From the NCBI GenBank assembly GCA_963823665.1, contig CAWGMQ010000003.1:1216001-1280000 (forward strand): a stretch of DNA of 64,000 nt, read 5' to 3'. The notes under the pieces were generated by a model that did no database searches, was not told the origin of the DNA, and was given only the letters and a program-made list of their open reading frames with translations. Source of the stretch: an uncultured Planctomycetota bacterium. GTDB lineage: Bacteria > Planctomycetota > Planctomycetia > Isosphaerales > Isosphaeraceae. The first letter of the stretch is position 1, and the number at the start of each line of letters is the position of its first letter. Shown in pieces: positions 35,701 through 47,927 of this stretch. Both the position numbers and the translations under genes were made by a program.

Positions 35701-37809
35701 ACGCGTCTTCGAGACCGCGACGGGCCGCCCTTTCCTCCCGCCGCTGGTGCACGCCAACGGGTTCGTGCGGTTCGCCCGATTCAGCCCCGACGGCCGCCTG
35801 CTGGCGACCGGCGGCGACGACTCGATGGTCCGGATCTGGAACGTCGCCACCGGCGCACCGGCCGGTCCCCCTTTACCACAGCCCTCCTGGTCGCGCAACG
35901 CTCGATTCAGCCCCGACGGGCGCCGGCTCCTGATCGGCCACACCGGCGGCACTGCCGCCCTCTGGGACCTCGCAACCTTTCGCCGCATTGGCCCGCTGCT
36001 CAAGCATCCCGTGTTGGCCGGTCACGAGATCGGCCACCTGGCGTTCGACCAGGCGGGCCGGATCGCCATCACTGGCTCTATGGTCACCGACAGATCCGAG
36101 GCCACTGTGGGATTCTGGGATGCGGTGACCGGAGGGCCGCTCGCCCCGTTCGTACGCTTCAACCAGGGAGTCGCCCGAATGATTGTCGGCCCCGAGCCGC
36201 TCGGGCCGCTCTACGTCGTCGAAGGCGGCCGCATGCACATGCTCGACCTCGGCTCGTTCCGCGAGACGCGCGCCCCGCTCGGTGACCGCATCGAGGCCAT
36301 CGCGCTGCACCCCGCGGGTAAAACCCTGCTCGCCGGCGGATCGGACAAGACCGCCCGTCTCCTCGACCTCGGCTCAGGCCAGCCGATCGGCCCGATCCTC
36401 GAACACGACGAGCCGGTCCGCGGAGTTGCAATCGCCCCCGACGGCAGGACGCTCCTCACTCTGGCGGGCGAGCGGCTCCGGTTCTGGGACGCCGCAACCG
36501 GCAAACGGCTCGGGCCGCCCCGCCTGCACCGCAACCACGTGCGCACCGACCGGCTCGACGACTGCCCCCCCGTCTTCTTCTGCCCCGACGGCCAGACCGC
36601 AGTCAGCGTGGGCGGGTCCGTCGTCTTCTGGGACGTTCCAGGAAACGACCCCATCGTCACGCCCGATCCGCCGCGCCTCGCCCGCTCGATCCGCGCCTTG
36701 ACCGGAATGGAATTGAGCGACGCGGGCGATGTTCGCATGCTCGATGTCTCGGACTGGCAACGGCGGATCGCCGATTCGGCGCCTGCGGCGTGGACCAGGC
36801 CGGCCCTTCCCCCGAAGATTGGCACGACCGGCTCGCTTCCGAAGCCGAGCGCTCCGCGCATTGGTTCGCGGCGCTCTGGCACCTTGACCGCCTGATCGCG
36901 CGCCGCCCAGGCGATTGGTCCGCCCACGCCCGCCGGTCCCGCGCCCGACGCCAGGCCGGTGATGAAGCTGGCGCCCAAGCCGACCTCGCCCACGCCCGGG
37001 AGCTCGACGCCCTCGGTCAGTTGCAGGCTTGGGAGGCCCACGAGGACTTCGATCGCGCCACACACGCGATGGCTCGCGGCCATTGGCAAACCGCCCGCAC
37101 CCACCTCCGCCCGCTCGCTCAAACGACGGGCGAGCACCCCTCACTGCTCTGGCGGCTCGCCGAGGCCGACGTTCGTATGGAGCGCTTTGGCGATGCCGAG
37201 GTCGAGCTGGCTGCTGCCATCAACTCCCTTGGCAACGCGAGCCTCGATTCGATGTTCTACCGGAATCTCCCCGGCTGGCTCGCCGCGCTTCGCCTGCACA
37301 ACGGCCACCACGACCTCTATCGCGACGACTGCCGGAAGCTGCTCGAATGCGCCAGCGCTAGACCGGACCCGCTGATTGGCTTCTTCGTCGTCTGGCACTG
37401 CTGCGCTGGCCCCGATGCCGTCGACAACCCGATGGTCCCCGTCCGGGTCGCCGAAGCTGCGCTGGTTGCCGCCAAGGGTAGTTTCAGGCGAATGATTCTG
37501 GCCGGATCCGGGGCGGCTCTTTACCGCGCTGGTCGTCATGAGCAGGCAATCGCGCGACTCGAAGAGGCCGAACGCGATTGGGACGGCGACCATTCGCCCC
37601 TCGTGGCGTTCCTGGCCATGGCCAATCAGGCCCACGGCCGCCCGGCCGAGGCCCGGCGCTGGCTCGACCGGCTCCGCAACCGCACTCCCATCACAGCGGC
37701 CGACTGGAACGTCCCCTGGGACGAGCTCGAAGTCAGAAACCTCCAGCAAGAGGCTGAAGCCGTCGTGCTGCTCGACCCGGTCTTTCCCGCCGACCCGTTC
37801 AAGCAGTGA
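32795..37809 (+). CDS. Hanks-type Ser/Thr kinase-TM-WD40-TPR protein (one apparent frameshift near 36790-36810; start uncertain)
   Basis: GRGGMG, VALK, HRDVKPAN, DFGLA, YMSPEQ; TM helix; many FSPDG WD40 repeats; continues into the TPR ORF ending FPADPF. Confidence 0.88.
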
Positions 37810-37815
37810 AAGAAC

Positions 37816-38430
37816 TCACGGATCAGGCTCCAGAAGCCCGCGCAGGCGAAGCACGCTGCGCAACAAGCGCGACTTCACGGCCCCCTCGCTGATCCCCAGC
37901 GCCAGAGCGATCGACGCCGTGCTCAGTTGCTCGAGATGCCGCATCACCAGGATTTCCCGGTCCTTTGCCTTGAGTGAAGCGATCGCCTCCATGATCTGCT
38001 CGTTTCGCTCTTTGCGGGCCAGCCGATCGCTGGGACTCGTGTCATCGGCGAACACCCGGCGGACCAGCTCGACCGCTGATCGATCCGGGATTCCCAGCCC
38101 GTCCCTCTCGCGCAGAATGCTGCGGCGCTGCGCCGAGACGTGTCGCCGGTGCGTATCGATGATCCGCTCGCTCGCGAGCTGGCGCAGCCAGGCGAAGTAG
38201 GGCAGCGGGCGTTCGAGCAGATACTTGTCCAGCCGACCCGCTGCGTCGACCAGCGTCTCCTGCACGACATCCGAGGCGTCGACCCGGCCAGCAATCCTTG
38301 GGTCCAATCGAGCCGCGACCATACGGCGCAGCTCATCACGGTAGAGTTGTAAGAGAACCTCGCGGGCCTTCTCGTCTCCCTGCGTCGCGCGATCGAGAAG
38401 ACCCTGAATTATCGACTCCGGTTCCGGCAT
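37816..38430 (-). CDS. ECF sigma factor of the planctomycete kinase-associated type
   Basis: RVDASDVVQET, DDTSPS, region 4 DREILVMRH...LGISEGAVKSR. Confidence 0.9.
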   Translation of the reverse strand: MPEPESIIQGLLDRATQGDEKAREVLLQLYRDELRRMVAARLDPRIAGRVDASDVVQETLVDAAGRLDKYLLERPLPYFAWLRQLASERIIDTHRRHVSAQRRSILRERDGLGIPDRSAVELVRRVFADDTSPSDRLARKERNEQIMEAIASLKAKDREILVMRHLEQLSTASIALALGISEGAVKSRLLRSVLRLRGLLEPDP

Positions 38431-38622
38431 GATCGTCGTCTCGCGGACTCACCCATCCTGCAAGACCTCGCTCCTATCAACCCCGCAAGTACTTGAGAAA
38501 GGTTTCAAATTTCGCCATCGATCATCTCAGCCAATCAGTCAAGTCCTCAAGATCATAATCGGCACAGCCGATACAACCGTTAAATATTGCCAGTGGAAAT
38601 CGGGGTCGGCTGGAGCGACGGA

Positions 38623-40104
38623 ATGGTACGCAAGTGCAGCGTCGGCTTATGGTTAGGTGGCTTGATGCTGCTTCTGGTGGCGCCCTCGGCGTCTGCGCAA
38701 GGGATCATCGTTCCCAGCGCCGGGCCAATTAATAGTGCGATGGCCGGTGCATCAACGGCCGCGCCGACCGACTTTGGAGCCAGCTACTGGAACCCAGCGA
38801 TCCTGAGCGGGCTTGAAGACAACGAGGTCTTGATTGGGTCGGCGCTTAGCCTGCCGAGCATCCACCTGCAAAGCGCGATCGCGGCCGACTCGATCGGCGG
38901 GCTCTTTCCGACAACAAATCGATACGGCGAGGCAAGAAGCAATAGCGGAGTCATGCCAGGGTTGGCCACAGGCTTTTCCTCCCGGATGAGCGACGACTCG
39001 CCCGTGACCTTCGGGCTGGGTGTCTTCGGCCTGGTCGGCGGAGGTGTGAACTTTCCCGGAAGTACCCAGGTGCCGGTTTTGACGCCACAGCTCCCGCCTA
39101 AATACTACGGGTTCGGACCGATTTCCGCCAACGTCGCGCTGCTGTCGATCAACCCGATGGCATCATTGCAGCTTACCGATCGCCTCGCGATCGGCGGCGG
39201 GCCAATCATCACCGCCGGCATGCCGACCTTCAGCCCCGCGTTCTTCGCGCCGGGCCCGAAAAACCTTCTCGGCATCAGTTCGTTTCCCGCGGCCACCAAT
39301 ACCCGCAACGACTGGGGCGCGGGCTTCCAGGTCGGGCTGTTTTACGAGGTCAACGACGACTGGAACCTCGGGTTCTCTTACAAGAGCCCGATCTGGATGG
39401 AAAAATGGGACTACAACGCAGCTACTCCGCGCCTGGTCGGGCGCACGATCGGCGTCCAGGCAGGACTTCCCGAGATCTTCTCGTGGGGGGTCGCGTACAA
39501 GGGCTTTGAGCGCACCCTGATCGACGTCGATCTCCGCTACATCGACTACGCCAACACGCCGCTCTTCGGCACCAAGGTCGTCGACGGCGGCCTCGGCTGG
39601 CAAAGCGTCTTCGCGGTCGCGTTCGGCGTCCAGTACAAGGCAACCGAAAAGCTGTCGCTGTTGGGGGGCTATCTCTATAACACGAATCCTGTCCGCAGCG
39701 AGACAACGCTCTTCAACATTCAGGCCCCCGGGATCATCACCAACACTCTTTCCCTGGGTGCCTCGTACAACATCACCGAAGACATCACGGCTTCGCTCTC
39801 CTGGGTCCACGGCTTCCGCAATTCTTCCGAGGGCTCGATCCTGCAGCTACCGGGATCCTCGGTCCGCCTCGATGCCCAGGTTGATACGCTCTGGATGGGC
39901 TTCAACATCAAATTCGGCCGCAAGAAACGAACCGGTCCGGCCGAAGGTCCGGGCAATTTCGCTCACGACGAACCGATTGCAATCCCACCGAGCAGTTATG
40001 ATCCGGGAATGCCCGTCCCACCCAGCCCCCCCTTCACCGGAGACGGCGGCACGACCGCGAGCGCGGTTTCCGAAGATGCACCGCCGCTGCCGGTCCCCAG
40101 ATAG
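38623..40104 (+). CDS. OmpP1/FadL/TodX-family outer membrane transporter
   Basis: AMAGASTA....ASYWNPA N-terminal motif; amphipathic beta strands. Confidence 0.85.
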   Translation: MVRKCSVGLWLGGLMLLLVAPSASAQGIIVPSAGPINSAMAGASTAAPTDFGASYWNPAILSGLEDNEVLIGSALSLPSIHLQSAIAADSIGGLFPTTNRYGEARSNSGVMPGLATGFSSRMSDDSPVTFGLGVFGLVGGGVNFPGSTQVPVLTPQLPPKYYGFGPISANVALLSINPMASLQLTDRLAIGGGPIITAGMPTFSPAFFAPGPKNLLGISSFPAATNTRNDWGAGFQVGLFYEVNDDWNLGFSYKSPIWMEKWDYNAATPRLVGRTIGVQAGLPEIFSWGVAYKGFERTLIDVDLRYIDYANTPLFGTKVVDGGLGWQSVFAVAFGVQYKATEKLSLLGGYLYNTNPVRSETTLFNIQAPGIITNTLSLGASYNITEDITASLSWVHGFRNSSEGSILQLPGSSVRLDAQVDTLWMGFNIKFGRKKRTGPAEGPGNFAHDEPIAIPPSSYDPGMPVPPSPPFTGDGGTTASAVSEDAPPLPVPR

Positions 40105-40110
40105 TGGACG

Positions 40111-41454
40111 CTACTTCGTATTGCGAAGGTAGCGATCCGCGAATTTCATGAAGGCATTCCAGTCGACGGCCGTCACGTCGTGCTTGCCCGGCCGGATATG
40201 GTAGCCGACCGTGCTCATGATGAGCTGGCCGTGCTCGGGCGGCGGCATCGCCGTGGCGGCCAGTCCGTCGGTGCCCAGCAGTTTGTACACAGGCGACGCC
40301 CCGAGCGCTGCCAGGAATTCCCCCTTGGGGTCGGCCCAGAGGTCCTCCGCGGCCGAGCAGACGAGCACCGGTCGAGGCGCGATCAGGGCAATCAGCTCGT
40401 GCTGGTCAACCGGGAGCCGATCTTCGTGGCCGTTGTACTGGCGAAAGTTGGTGCAAAACCAGTGCGGGAAGCTCGTATTGATGCGCAAGACGGTTTCACC
40501 AAAGTTCCGCCGCGAGAGCGCGGCACCGCCGCAGCCTGATTCATTGGAAATCACGATCGCAAACCGAGGGTCGGTGGCTCCCGCCCACAGGGCGGCTTTG
40601 CCCAGCCGCGAGTGGCCCGTGAGCACGACCTGACGCGCGTCGATCTCGGAAACAGTTTCGAGCGCGTCCAGGCACCGCGAGAGCCCCCACGCCCAGGTCG
40701 CGATCGAGCCCCACTCGTTCGCGGCAGGCCGCGTTTGACCCGAGCCGTAGAAAAGGGGATGGACGCCATTCTGAAATCCGTCGTCGAAGTCCGGATCGAT
40801 ATCGCCGTAATACGCCGTGGCAAGCGCGTAGCCGTGCGACAGCACGCGCTCAACCTGCCATCGCGATGCACTCGATCCCCGCGTCGACTCGGCCGGACGG
40901 TGATCGGTCACGCCGTGGTCCGGATTGTTCGGCACCCAGCCTGTCGCCAGCGAGATGCCCGGGTCGCTGTGGATCGTGTGGTTCCCCTGGAAGTTGAGCC
41001 CCAGGAATGCCGGCACGCGGCCCGACGCCACCAGTGCCTTGGGCAGATAGATCAACAGAAAAATCCGCGGGGCGTCGGCCTTATCCAGGAACTCAATCGT
41101 GATCTCGCGCCGGATGGCCGTTCCGCCCAGGGCCTGCTTGTCTTCGGACAGAATGTGAAATGTCGGGCGCACCGGCTGTGGCGGCTGTGGCACCTTCCCG
41201 TAGACCTGGTCCTCGAAGATCCGGATCAGCTCCGGCCGGCGCTTGCTGATCCATTCCTCGCGGGTCGTCACCTTGCTGCCGTCCGCCATGATCAGCGGGT
41301 CTGGAAGCGTGTACGAACCGACTTTTGTTTCGTCGAGATTGATCGGGATCTCCTGGGCGCGGGAAGTCACGGGCACGAACGATGCGCCGAACCAGAGTGC
41401 CGCGATCAAAAACAGTTGCTCCACACTTCGCGGATTGAGTTGATTGGACAGCAT
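40111..41454 (-). CDS. Glucuronoyl esterase-like protein (CE15)
   Basis: GHSRLGK nucleophile motif, SGCGGAA, LPVDQHELIALIAPRP, DLWADPKGE. Confidence 0.9.
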   Translation of the reverse strand: MLSNQLNPRSVEQLFLIAALWFGASFVPVTSRAQEIPINLDETKVGSYTLPDPLIMADGSKVTTREEWISKRRPELIRIFEDQVYGKVPQPPQPVRPTFHILSEDKQALGGTAIRREITIEFLDKADAPRIFLLIYLPKALVASGRVPAFLGLNFQGNHTIHSDPGISLATGWVPNNPDHGVTDHRPAESTRGSSASRWQVERVLSHGYALATAYYGDIDPDFDDGFQNGVHPLFYGSGQTRPAANEWGSIATWAWGLSRCLDALETVSEIDARQVVLTGHSRLGKAALWAGATDPRFAIVISNESGCGGAALSRRNFGETVLRINTSFPHWFCTNFRQYNGHEDRLPVDQHELIALIAPRPVLVCSAAEDLWADPKGEFLAALGASPVYKLLGTDGLAATAMPPPEHGQLIMSTVGYHIRPGKHDVTAVDWNAFMKFADRYLRNTK

Positions 41455-41472
41455 GATCGTTCCGTTTCTCGA

Positions 41473-43072
41473 TTAAGGACGCGGCGAGCCCTCGCCGGAA
41501 AGTCGCTCGGCCATCTGCTTCATCATGGCTTTCTGGGAGATCCCAATCCAGCAGTGTCCCTCGCCTCGGCCAAACTTGATCGAGCCTTCGAAACGCGGCT
41601 CGGCAAGCGACAGGAAGTTATCCAGCAGATGGACGGCGTTGTTCAGAAAATAGTCGTCGGCTTCGCCCACCCAGATGTGCAGCTTGCCCTTGAGCTTGGG
41701 CCCGAGCTCGGCCCAGTTGGCTTCGAGCACCCGGCGCAGGTCGTATTTCTTCCAGTGCTCGGCGGCCTTGGGGTCGATCACCCCGGTTCTGGGGTCCCAC
41801 AGCGGCACGGGAAGACCGCCCTCGCCCCGGGCGCCGTAGGTCGCGTTCCATGCGCCCCACTGTCGCCCTGAGAGCGTCCAGGAATCAGCCCGCCCAAGCA
41901 CGTTCTCGACCTGGCATTCATGCCGCATGGTGAAGCGAACGTCGCCGGTGACATCGCGTGCGCTGGGCCGCTCGAAGCCATGCTGGTTGATGTATGCGTT
42001 GTGATCCTCATAAATGTTGACAAGCTGAAACGAGCGAAAATCGACGCTGTCGGGGCAGAACGACCAGGCGCCGTTGAAATAATCCGGGTAGAACACCTGG
42101 AGTGCCAGGGCCACCCACCCACCGGTCGACCCGCCGTCCAGGAACCGGGCCTGGCCTCGCCCGATGCCGCGGAAGTGCTCTTCGACGTATGGCAATAGCT
42201 CGCGGGTGACCGCCGCACCGAATGGCCCGTGATTGGCCGAGTCAATCTGGTAGGGATCACCCAGCGGACCGGCACCGTCCAAGTGCACGAGGATCATCGC
42301 CGGCGTGTCATCCGCCATCCAGTCGGCCTGGAACGACGATCCAGGGCTCATCATCGCCGCGACGTCGGTGAAACGCGAAGCGTAGCCGCCGATGTGAACC
42401 AGCAGCGGGTACTTCCGCTCGGGCTCCCGGGCGAAGTTGCGCGGCAGGATCACGCCGGCGCGGAGATCGATCGGCCGCCCGTAGAAGCCGGAGAGGAGTC
42501 GTGACGGGATTTTCAAATATTTGATCAAAGCGGAATCGGCAGGAAGCTTCTCGGCCGGGACGGTCCTGGAGAGCTCGAGCCGCACGGGGCCGCCAAGATC
42601 CTTGTCGAGCTGCGACATTGACCACCGGGCTGTAAAGGTCTTCCGGCGCATTCGGGAAGTTGAGATCCGGGTTCCGGTGCAACAGGGCCTGAACGGCGTA
42701 CCGCCCCGGCTTGAGCTCGCCCAGGCTGGCGATCGGAGAGATCGCCGATTTTCCGTCGAGCGTCGCCACTTCGCCGGGCGCCAGACCGACCACGTCCCGC
42801 CCGAGCACAGGTGGCTGAAAGAGTCCCGTTTCTCCAACGGTAAGACGAGGATCGCGCGACCCGGCTTCCCCCAGGACGACCATCACCCGGCCGGAGATCT
42901 TCTGGTCTCCCTGTGTCTGAGCCTTATCTGCCTTCGCCGCCGGAAGAACAACCTCAAATCGCAGCCCATCCGGCGGTGCTGCCGGGAGATCTCCACAGGA
43001 ATGAATCGAGACCGGAACAATCACCACCAGTAACACACATACCTTGCTCAACGGCCGACGGCGACGCGTCAT
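41473..43072 (-). CDS. Secreted alpha/beta hydrolase (esterase-like); one apparent frameshift near 42610
   Basis: ORFs 42308-43072 and 41473-42837 join; GGSTGG nucleophile elbow, DSANHGP, terminal GEGH. Confidence 0.8.
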
Positions 43073-43618
43073 ACACGCTTCCTTTCGAGGCGCGAGCCGC
43101 CCGGTCCATCCGGCCGCGCTCCGACCCGCGGCTCGCTCGCTCGCCGGCAGCTCAGGCTCGTATCCTAGCGGCCACCTTGCTGCGAGCGAAAGGGGGCGGT
43201 GGAGTCATTCGGCGCTCATGGGCTCGGCGAATCCGCGGCTCATTCCGTCGTCCACGCCCACTCGCACTCGTATACTTTGCGAGTGAACGGGATTGAGTGA
43301 GGGAGACCCCGTTCACGATGCCGGATCGGAGCAGAGAAGGGGCAAATCAAAACCAGCGTGGGGATGACAAATTCACGTGCGGCGAGACCGGCAACAGCAG
43401 CGTGGCGGAGATTGGAGAGGGAAATGCGGATGCGCACCGAGGTCGAGCGGGAGCTCGTTCTTGCCCACCGCGGAGCGGTTTAGTTCAACTAGCCATGTGG
43501 TGGCGGACACCTTTTCCTGGCAGTTTTCCTCCCCGTGGAATGAAAAACTAGCTGCGCCCCGGTTTCCTCCCCCGCGCCCCCGTTTCCATCCCGGCAGGTC
43601 ATCCGATCGGCCGCGGGC

Positions 43619-45270
43619 CTATCTGGCGACGGCTCGGGCTGCGCGGACGGCGTCGCGCGCCTGGAGGAGCCCGGCGCCGAAGGTGTAGTCGCGCCCCTTC
43701 CGGCCGATGTCGCGGCAGGTCTTTTCCATGATCGCCTTGACTTCCCAGGGGCACAGGTCCGGGTTGGCGGAGAGCATCAGCGCGGCGACCCCGGCGGTCT
43801 GCGCGCCAGTGAAGGAGTTGCCGCCCCGGACGTCGACCAGCGCCATCTGGTCGTTCTCCTTCGAGAAGATCGCGCCATTCTCCGGCCGCGCCCAGCGCGG
43901 GAATCCGCCGAACACGCCCGTCACGTCGGGCTTGGCGAGGGGCCGCGACGGCGGGTAGTCTTCGTAGAACTTCACCCCATCCCAGGTGCAGGGGCCTTCG
44001 CTGCTCTCGTCGGCCTTCCTCCCGTCGCGCGTGATGCCGGCCGCGGTGATCACGCAGGGAACGTCCTTGGGCAGGGCGATCTCCTTCCCCCGTCGTAGAC
44101 GAGAGTAATTCCCCGCCCCACCGACGGCGACGATGCCCGCCGCCGACAGGTGCTCGAGCGCCGTCCGATAGAGGCCCCGGTAATTGCCGAGCGGCATGTC
44201 CTCCCACATATAGCTCAACGAGAGCACGTCCGCACCGTGGGCCGGGGCGTACTCGTACGCCTTCAGATAGCCCATGCCGCGCAGGACCATCAGCCGCGCC
44301 GGGGGGCGACGCCGGTGAGCAGATTCAGTGTGTTGATCGGACGGCCGGCGATGATCCCGGCGCACATGCTGCCGTGCGGCCACTTGAGGTCATCCCCGAT
44401 GTTCCAGTACGAGTCGCCCGCGAAGTCGTAGCCGAAGACGTCATCGACATAGCCATCGCCGTCGTCGTCCTTGCCGTTGAAGACCTCGAGGGGATTCCTC
44501 CACAGGGCACGGGTCAGGGCCGGCGTCAGCATGATCCCGGTGTCGTTGAGGGCCACCACGACCCCGCGGCCGGTGACCTTCTCCTCCTTCCACGCGGCGT
44601 CGACCTGGATGGTCGACAGGTTCCAGGAGAGGGTGAAGCCCTGGGTGGTGAACGGCTCGTCGCTGTCGTCCTCCCACTGGGCGATCGTTTGCCGGAAGAA
44701 TCTCTCCTTCTCGGGCGTTGCGGCCGGCTGATCGGGGTCCCGGTGCTGTTTCACCTGGCGGAGCGGGCGGCGCTGGAGATAGACGAAGGCGACCTCCTCG
44801 AGCGCGGCCAGGCGCTGGCAGGCGTCGCCCGTCGCGTCGCAGGTGAAGCCGTTGACGATCCAGTAGCGATCGAGGTCCCGGACCTTCTGTGACTTCTCCA
44901 GCTCGGCGACCCGGGTCGCGACCTGGCCCCACGAGCGGTCGGCCTTGGCTCGGAGCGTCTGGACGATCGCCGGCCGGAGCTCGCGCCGCTTCGCCCCGGC
45001 GTGCTCCGCGCAGAATCGTTCGTAAGCGCCGCGTTCGCCGAGCAACTGGTCGGCCATCCGGACGAACACGGCGTAAGTCTTCCGCCCGGTGCTGCCGATG
45101 TCGCGGTCGATCTTGCCCGCGACGTCGGCGGCGTTCGCCGCCGGGACCAGGCCGAAGAGGAGGGCCACGAAACAGCCCCGTGCCGCCGCCATCGATGGAG
45201 GCCGGTAGACTGAGTCGGTATGATATTCCGATGGGCGAATCAACCGGGTCCGTGCCAGGAGTGCGATCAT
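43619..45270 (-). CDS. S8 subtilisin-like serine protease with prodomain; apparent frameshift in the G-run near 44301
   Basis: Catalytic D (NDTG), H (HGSMCAG), S (GNSF...AGVAAL); DDDGDGYVDD insert. Confidence 0.85.
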
Positions 45271-45460
45271 TCCAGGTCCCTCCTGAAGCTCGACTGGGTT
45301 CATTGATGTTAACCCAACGGCGGATGCCCGACAACGCACGAACGGCCGTCACTTCTGATCGTAGTCACAGCCTCGATTCAGGTGGCGACACTGAGCATCT
45401 ACACCCGATTGAGGGCAAGGGGATTCCGCCGGGTCGCCTTGGGGGATCGCTCCCCCAAGG

Positions 45461-47880
45461 GCCGGGTAAGGAGGTGACGTTACCGCCACCCCCTCCCCTC
45501 AGAACTGCACGTGAAAGTTTCCCTTCATGCAGCTCAAGCCTTCACGAACGCCCCTCGCAGGACGCGGCCGCTTTCGTCAGTCGTTCTTGGACATGGATCT
45601 GCCGATGACAGTTGGCATGCAACAACTCCAGGTTGTCGGCTGTGCCAGAACCGCCCCGGCTGCGCCAGATGCGATGGTGGAGATGCAAGTCTTCCTCTGC
45701 GATCCGCAGCGGTTGACCACAGACCACGCATCGTCCCTCTTGTTCCTTCCATAAGTATTCGATCCGACCCCGACCTGCCAGCGTTTGGCTCAGTTGCCAA
45801 CCCAGTCGTGCTTCCAGGTACAGTTCCCACTTCGGATCGTAGGGATTCACGTCGCTCCGGATCTTCACATAACGAATGATCTTCACTTTGGCTGCTTCCA
45901 TCAACTGGATCGGCCGGCCTTGGCCTTTCTGGTCAAACAGCGTACCGGTGAAGACCCAGTGGCGGTAACCGTCTTGCTGGAAGTATTTCTCCTTGATCCA
46001 CCTCCGGCCTTTGTTCTGGTGCCGTCGTCGACACCAACGCCACAATTTCTGGAAAATCCGGTGATCCACGTACGTAAAAGTGCGCTTGCTCGCCGCGTAA
46101 CGGTGGTACATGGTCCAGCCCTTGATCTGCTGATTCAAACGCCAGATCATCTCTCCTGCCGTTAGGCTGCCCGAGCCGTCGATCGTTTCCTGTATCTTGT
46201 TCAAGAACGTCTTCACGTTTCGCAAGGACGGCTTGGTGAACACCTTGCCGCAGCGATAGCGTCGCACATTCTGCCCCAAGAAATCGAAGCCATCCTCCAC
46301 ATGCGTGATCTGGGTTTTCTCGTGGGAAAGTTCCAAGCCGCGTTCCTTCAAGAAATGAGCCACGAGAGGTTGCACTTGGTCACGGAGGAGTTCCTTTGAG
46401 ATGCCCGTGATCAAGAAGTCATCCGCATAGCGGACCAGGTGGACTTTAAACTTCCGTTGTCGCCCGTGCTTCTCGGCGAACTGTTCCGCCAACAGCCGTT
46501 GCAGTCCATCCAGAGTCCAATTCGCCAGGACGGGTGAAATGATCCCGCCTTGAGGTGTTCCTTCCGTGGTGGCGAACCAGGCGTGCTTCTCCAGGAAACC
46601 CACTTTCAGCCATTGCCCGAGCAACTGCCGGTCCATGGGGACGTGCGTCAAGAGCCAGTCATGACTGATGCGATCAAAGCAAGCTTTGATGTCCCCTTCG
46701 AGAATCCATGCTGGACCGCTCCGATTACCCAAGACAATATGAGATTGTTCCAGGGCGTCGGCACAACGACGTTCCAGCCGAAAGCCATAGGAATGGCCGT
46801 CGGCTCGAGATTCCGCAATGGGATCGAGGCCTAGCAAGTATAATGCCTGCATGGCTCGATCTGACATGGTGGGAATTCCGAGAGGACGTCGCTTGCCGTT
46901 GCTTTTGGGAATGTACACCCGGCGGAGCGGTTGCGGTTGGTAACCGTGCCGACGCAGAGTGCTGAAAGCAGCCGACTTGGCTTCCGGTGTGTTCCAGAGA
47001 ACTCCGTCCACACCGGGAGTCTTCGCACCCGAATTACTGATGACTCGCAAAATGGCCAGGGCCCGGCCACTGAACGAGTGCGTGAGCAGATAAACCAGAG
47101 CCTTGACCTTATTCCATCTGCCCTCCGCAACAGCCTTCACGATACGCGCCTGGAGCCGACGGACTGTGCGCCAGACTTTCTTCCATTCGATGGAGTGCCA
47201 GTCGGGCGTAAGCTCGGGAGCCGCACCAGCAAGCATTTCTGCCGCCGACATATCTGCTTGTCTCCCTGAGTCGGTTGGCCAAGGTTCTCTCGTGACGGAA
47301 CACCTGAGGGAAGTCGGCACCGCTTTCGCGGTGAGGGGATGTCGTCCGTGGGAGGACTCACCCTCTATCCGATCGACTACCGAACGGCATTGGCTTGCTC
47401 CCTCATCCTCCACCCGCCGCCCCATCGGCGACGCCTTACGACGGTCCTACCCCGAAGGGAGGGCGACGGGCTTACCACGTTCCACGGATGAATCACGGAT
47501 GGTTTAGGCTCTGCCTCTCCGCCGGTGGCTCGGATGACGACGACAGGGGATGGGAAATCCCACTGTACCTGGCCACGTACCTTTTTGGTTCAAGCCTCTC
47601 AGCGCCTTTGGCTTGTTGGATCTCACGACGTTTATCGGCAGTTCACCTGGATTAGCCATGCCATCCACCCCTGGCCCCCGACCGCATTGGCGTTCGCAGT
47701 CGCCGGATTCCCTCACGGGATATCCAACCACCCGAAGGTGAGGTTACGTTGTCCCAAGAGCTTCGCACGGTCGGATTGCTCCGGCCGCACGTCCTGGTAG
47801 GGTTCCGGTGGTCGTACATCGGGTTATGTCCTGGTTGCAAATCCAGTCATAACAGACTCATCCGCAGCTTCGTTTCGCGA
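45461..47880 (-). mobile_element. Inner group II intron (CL-type with HNH endonuclease)
   Basis: 5' TCGCGAAACG at 47880; DV GAGCTGCATGAAGGGAAACTTTCACGTGCAGTTCT; DVI ends ACCCGGC at 45461; EBS1 and EBS2 match the flanking sequence. Confidence 0.9.
45542..47251 (-). CDS. ltrA: Group II intron reverse transcriptase/maturase with HNH endonuclease (inner intron)
   Basis: RVT_N (W..I.W...[11 protein letters not shown]), TPGVDG, RPLGIP, PQGG, YADD, C-terminal CVVC..HH..NL.LLH.NCH. Confidence 0.95.
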   Translation of the reverse strand: MSAAEMLAGAAPELTPDWHSIEWKKVWRTVRRLQARIVKAVAEGRWNKVKALVYLLTHSFSGRALAILRVISNSGAKTPGVDGVLWNTPEAKSAAFSTLRRHGYQPQPLRRVYIPKSNGKRRPLGIPTMSDRAMQALYLLGLDPIAESRADGHSYGFRLERRCADALEQSHIVLGNRSGPAWILEGDIKACFDRISHDWLLTHVPMDRQLLGQWLKVGFLEKHAWFATTEGTPQGGIISPVLANWTLDGLQRLLAEQFAEKHGRQRKFKVHLVRYADDFLITGISKELLRDQVQPLVAHFLKERGLELSHEKTQITHVEDGFDFLGQNVRRYRCGKVFTKPSLRNVKTFLNKIQETIDGSGSLTAGEMIWRLNQQIKGWTMYHRYAASKRTFTYVDHRIFQKLWRWCRRRHQNKGRRWIKEKYFQQDGYRHWVFTGTLFDQKGQGRPIQLMEAAKVKIIRYVKIRSDVNPYDPKWELYLEARLGWQLSQTLAGRGRIEYLWKEQEGRCVVCGQPLRIAEEDLHLHHRIWRSRGGSGTADNLELLHANCHRQIHVQERLTKAAASCEGRS

Positions 47881-47927
47881 CTCCCACAGATCCGGGCTTG
47901 CCCAATTAAGGCACCCGGCTCGTCATG

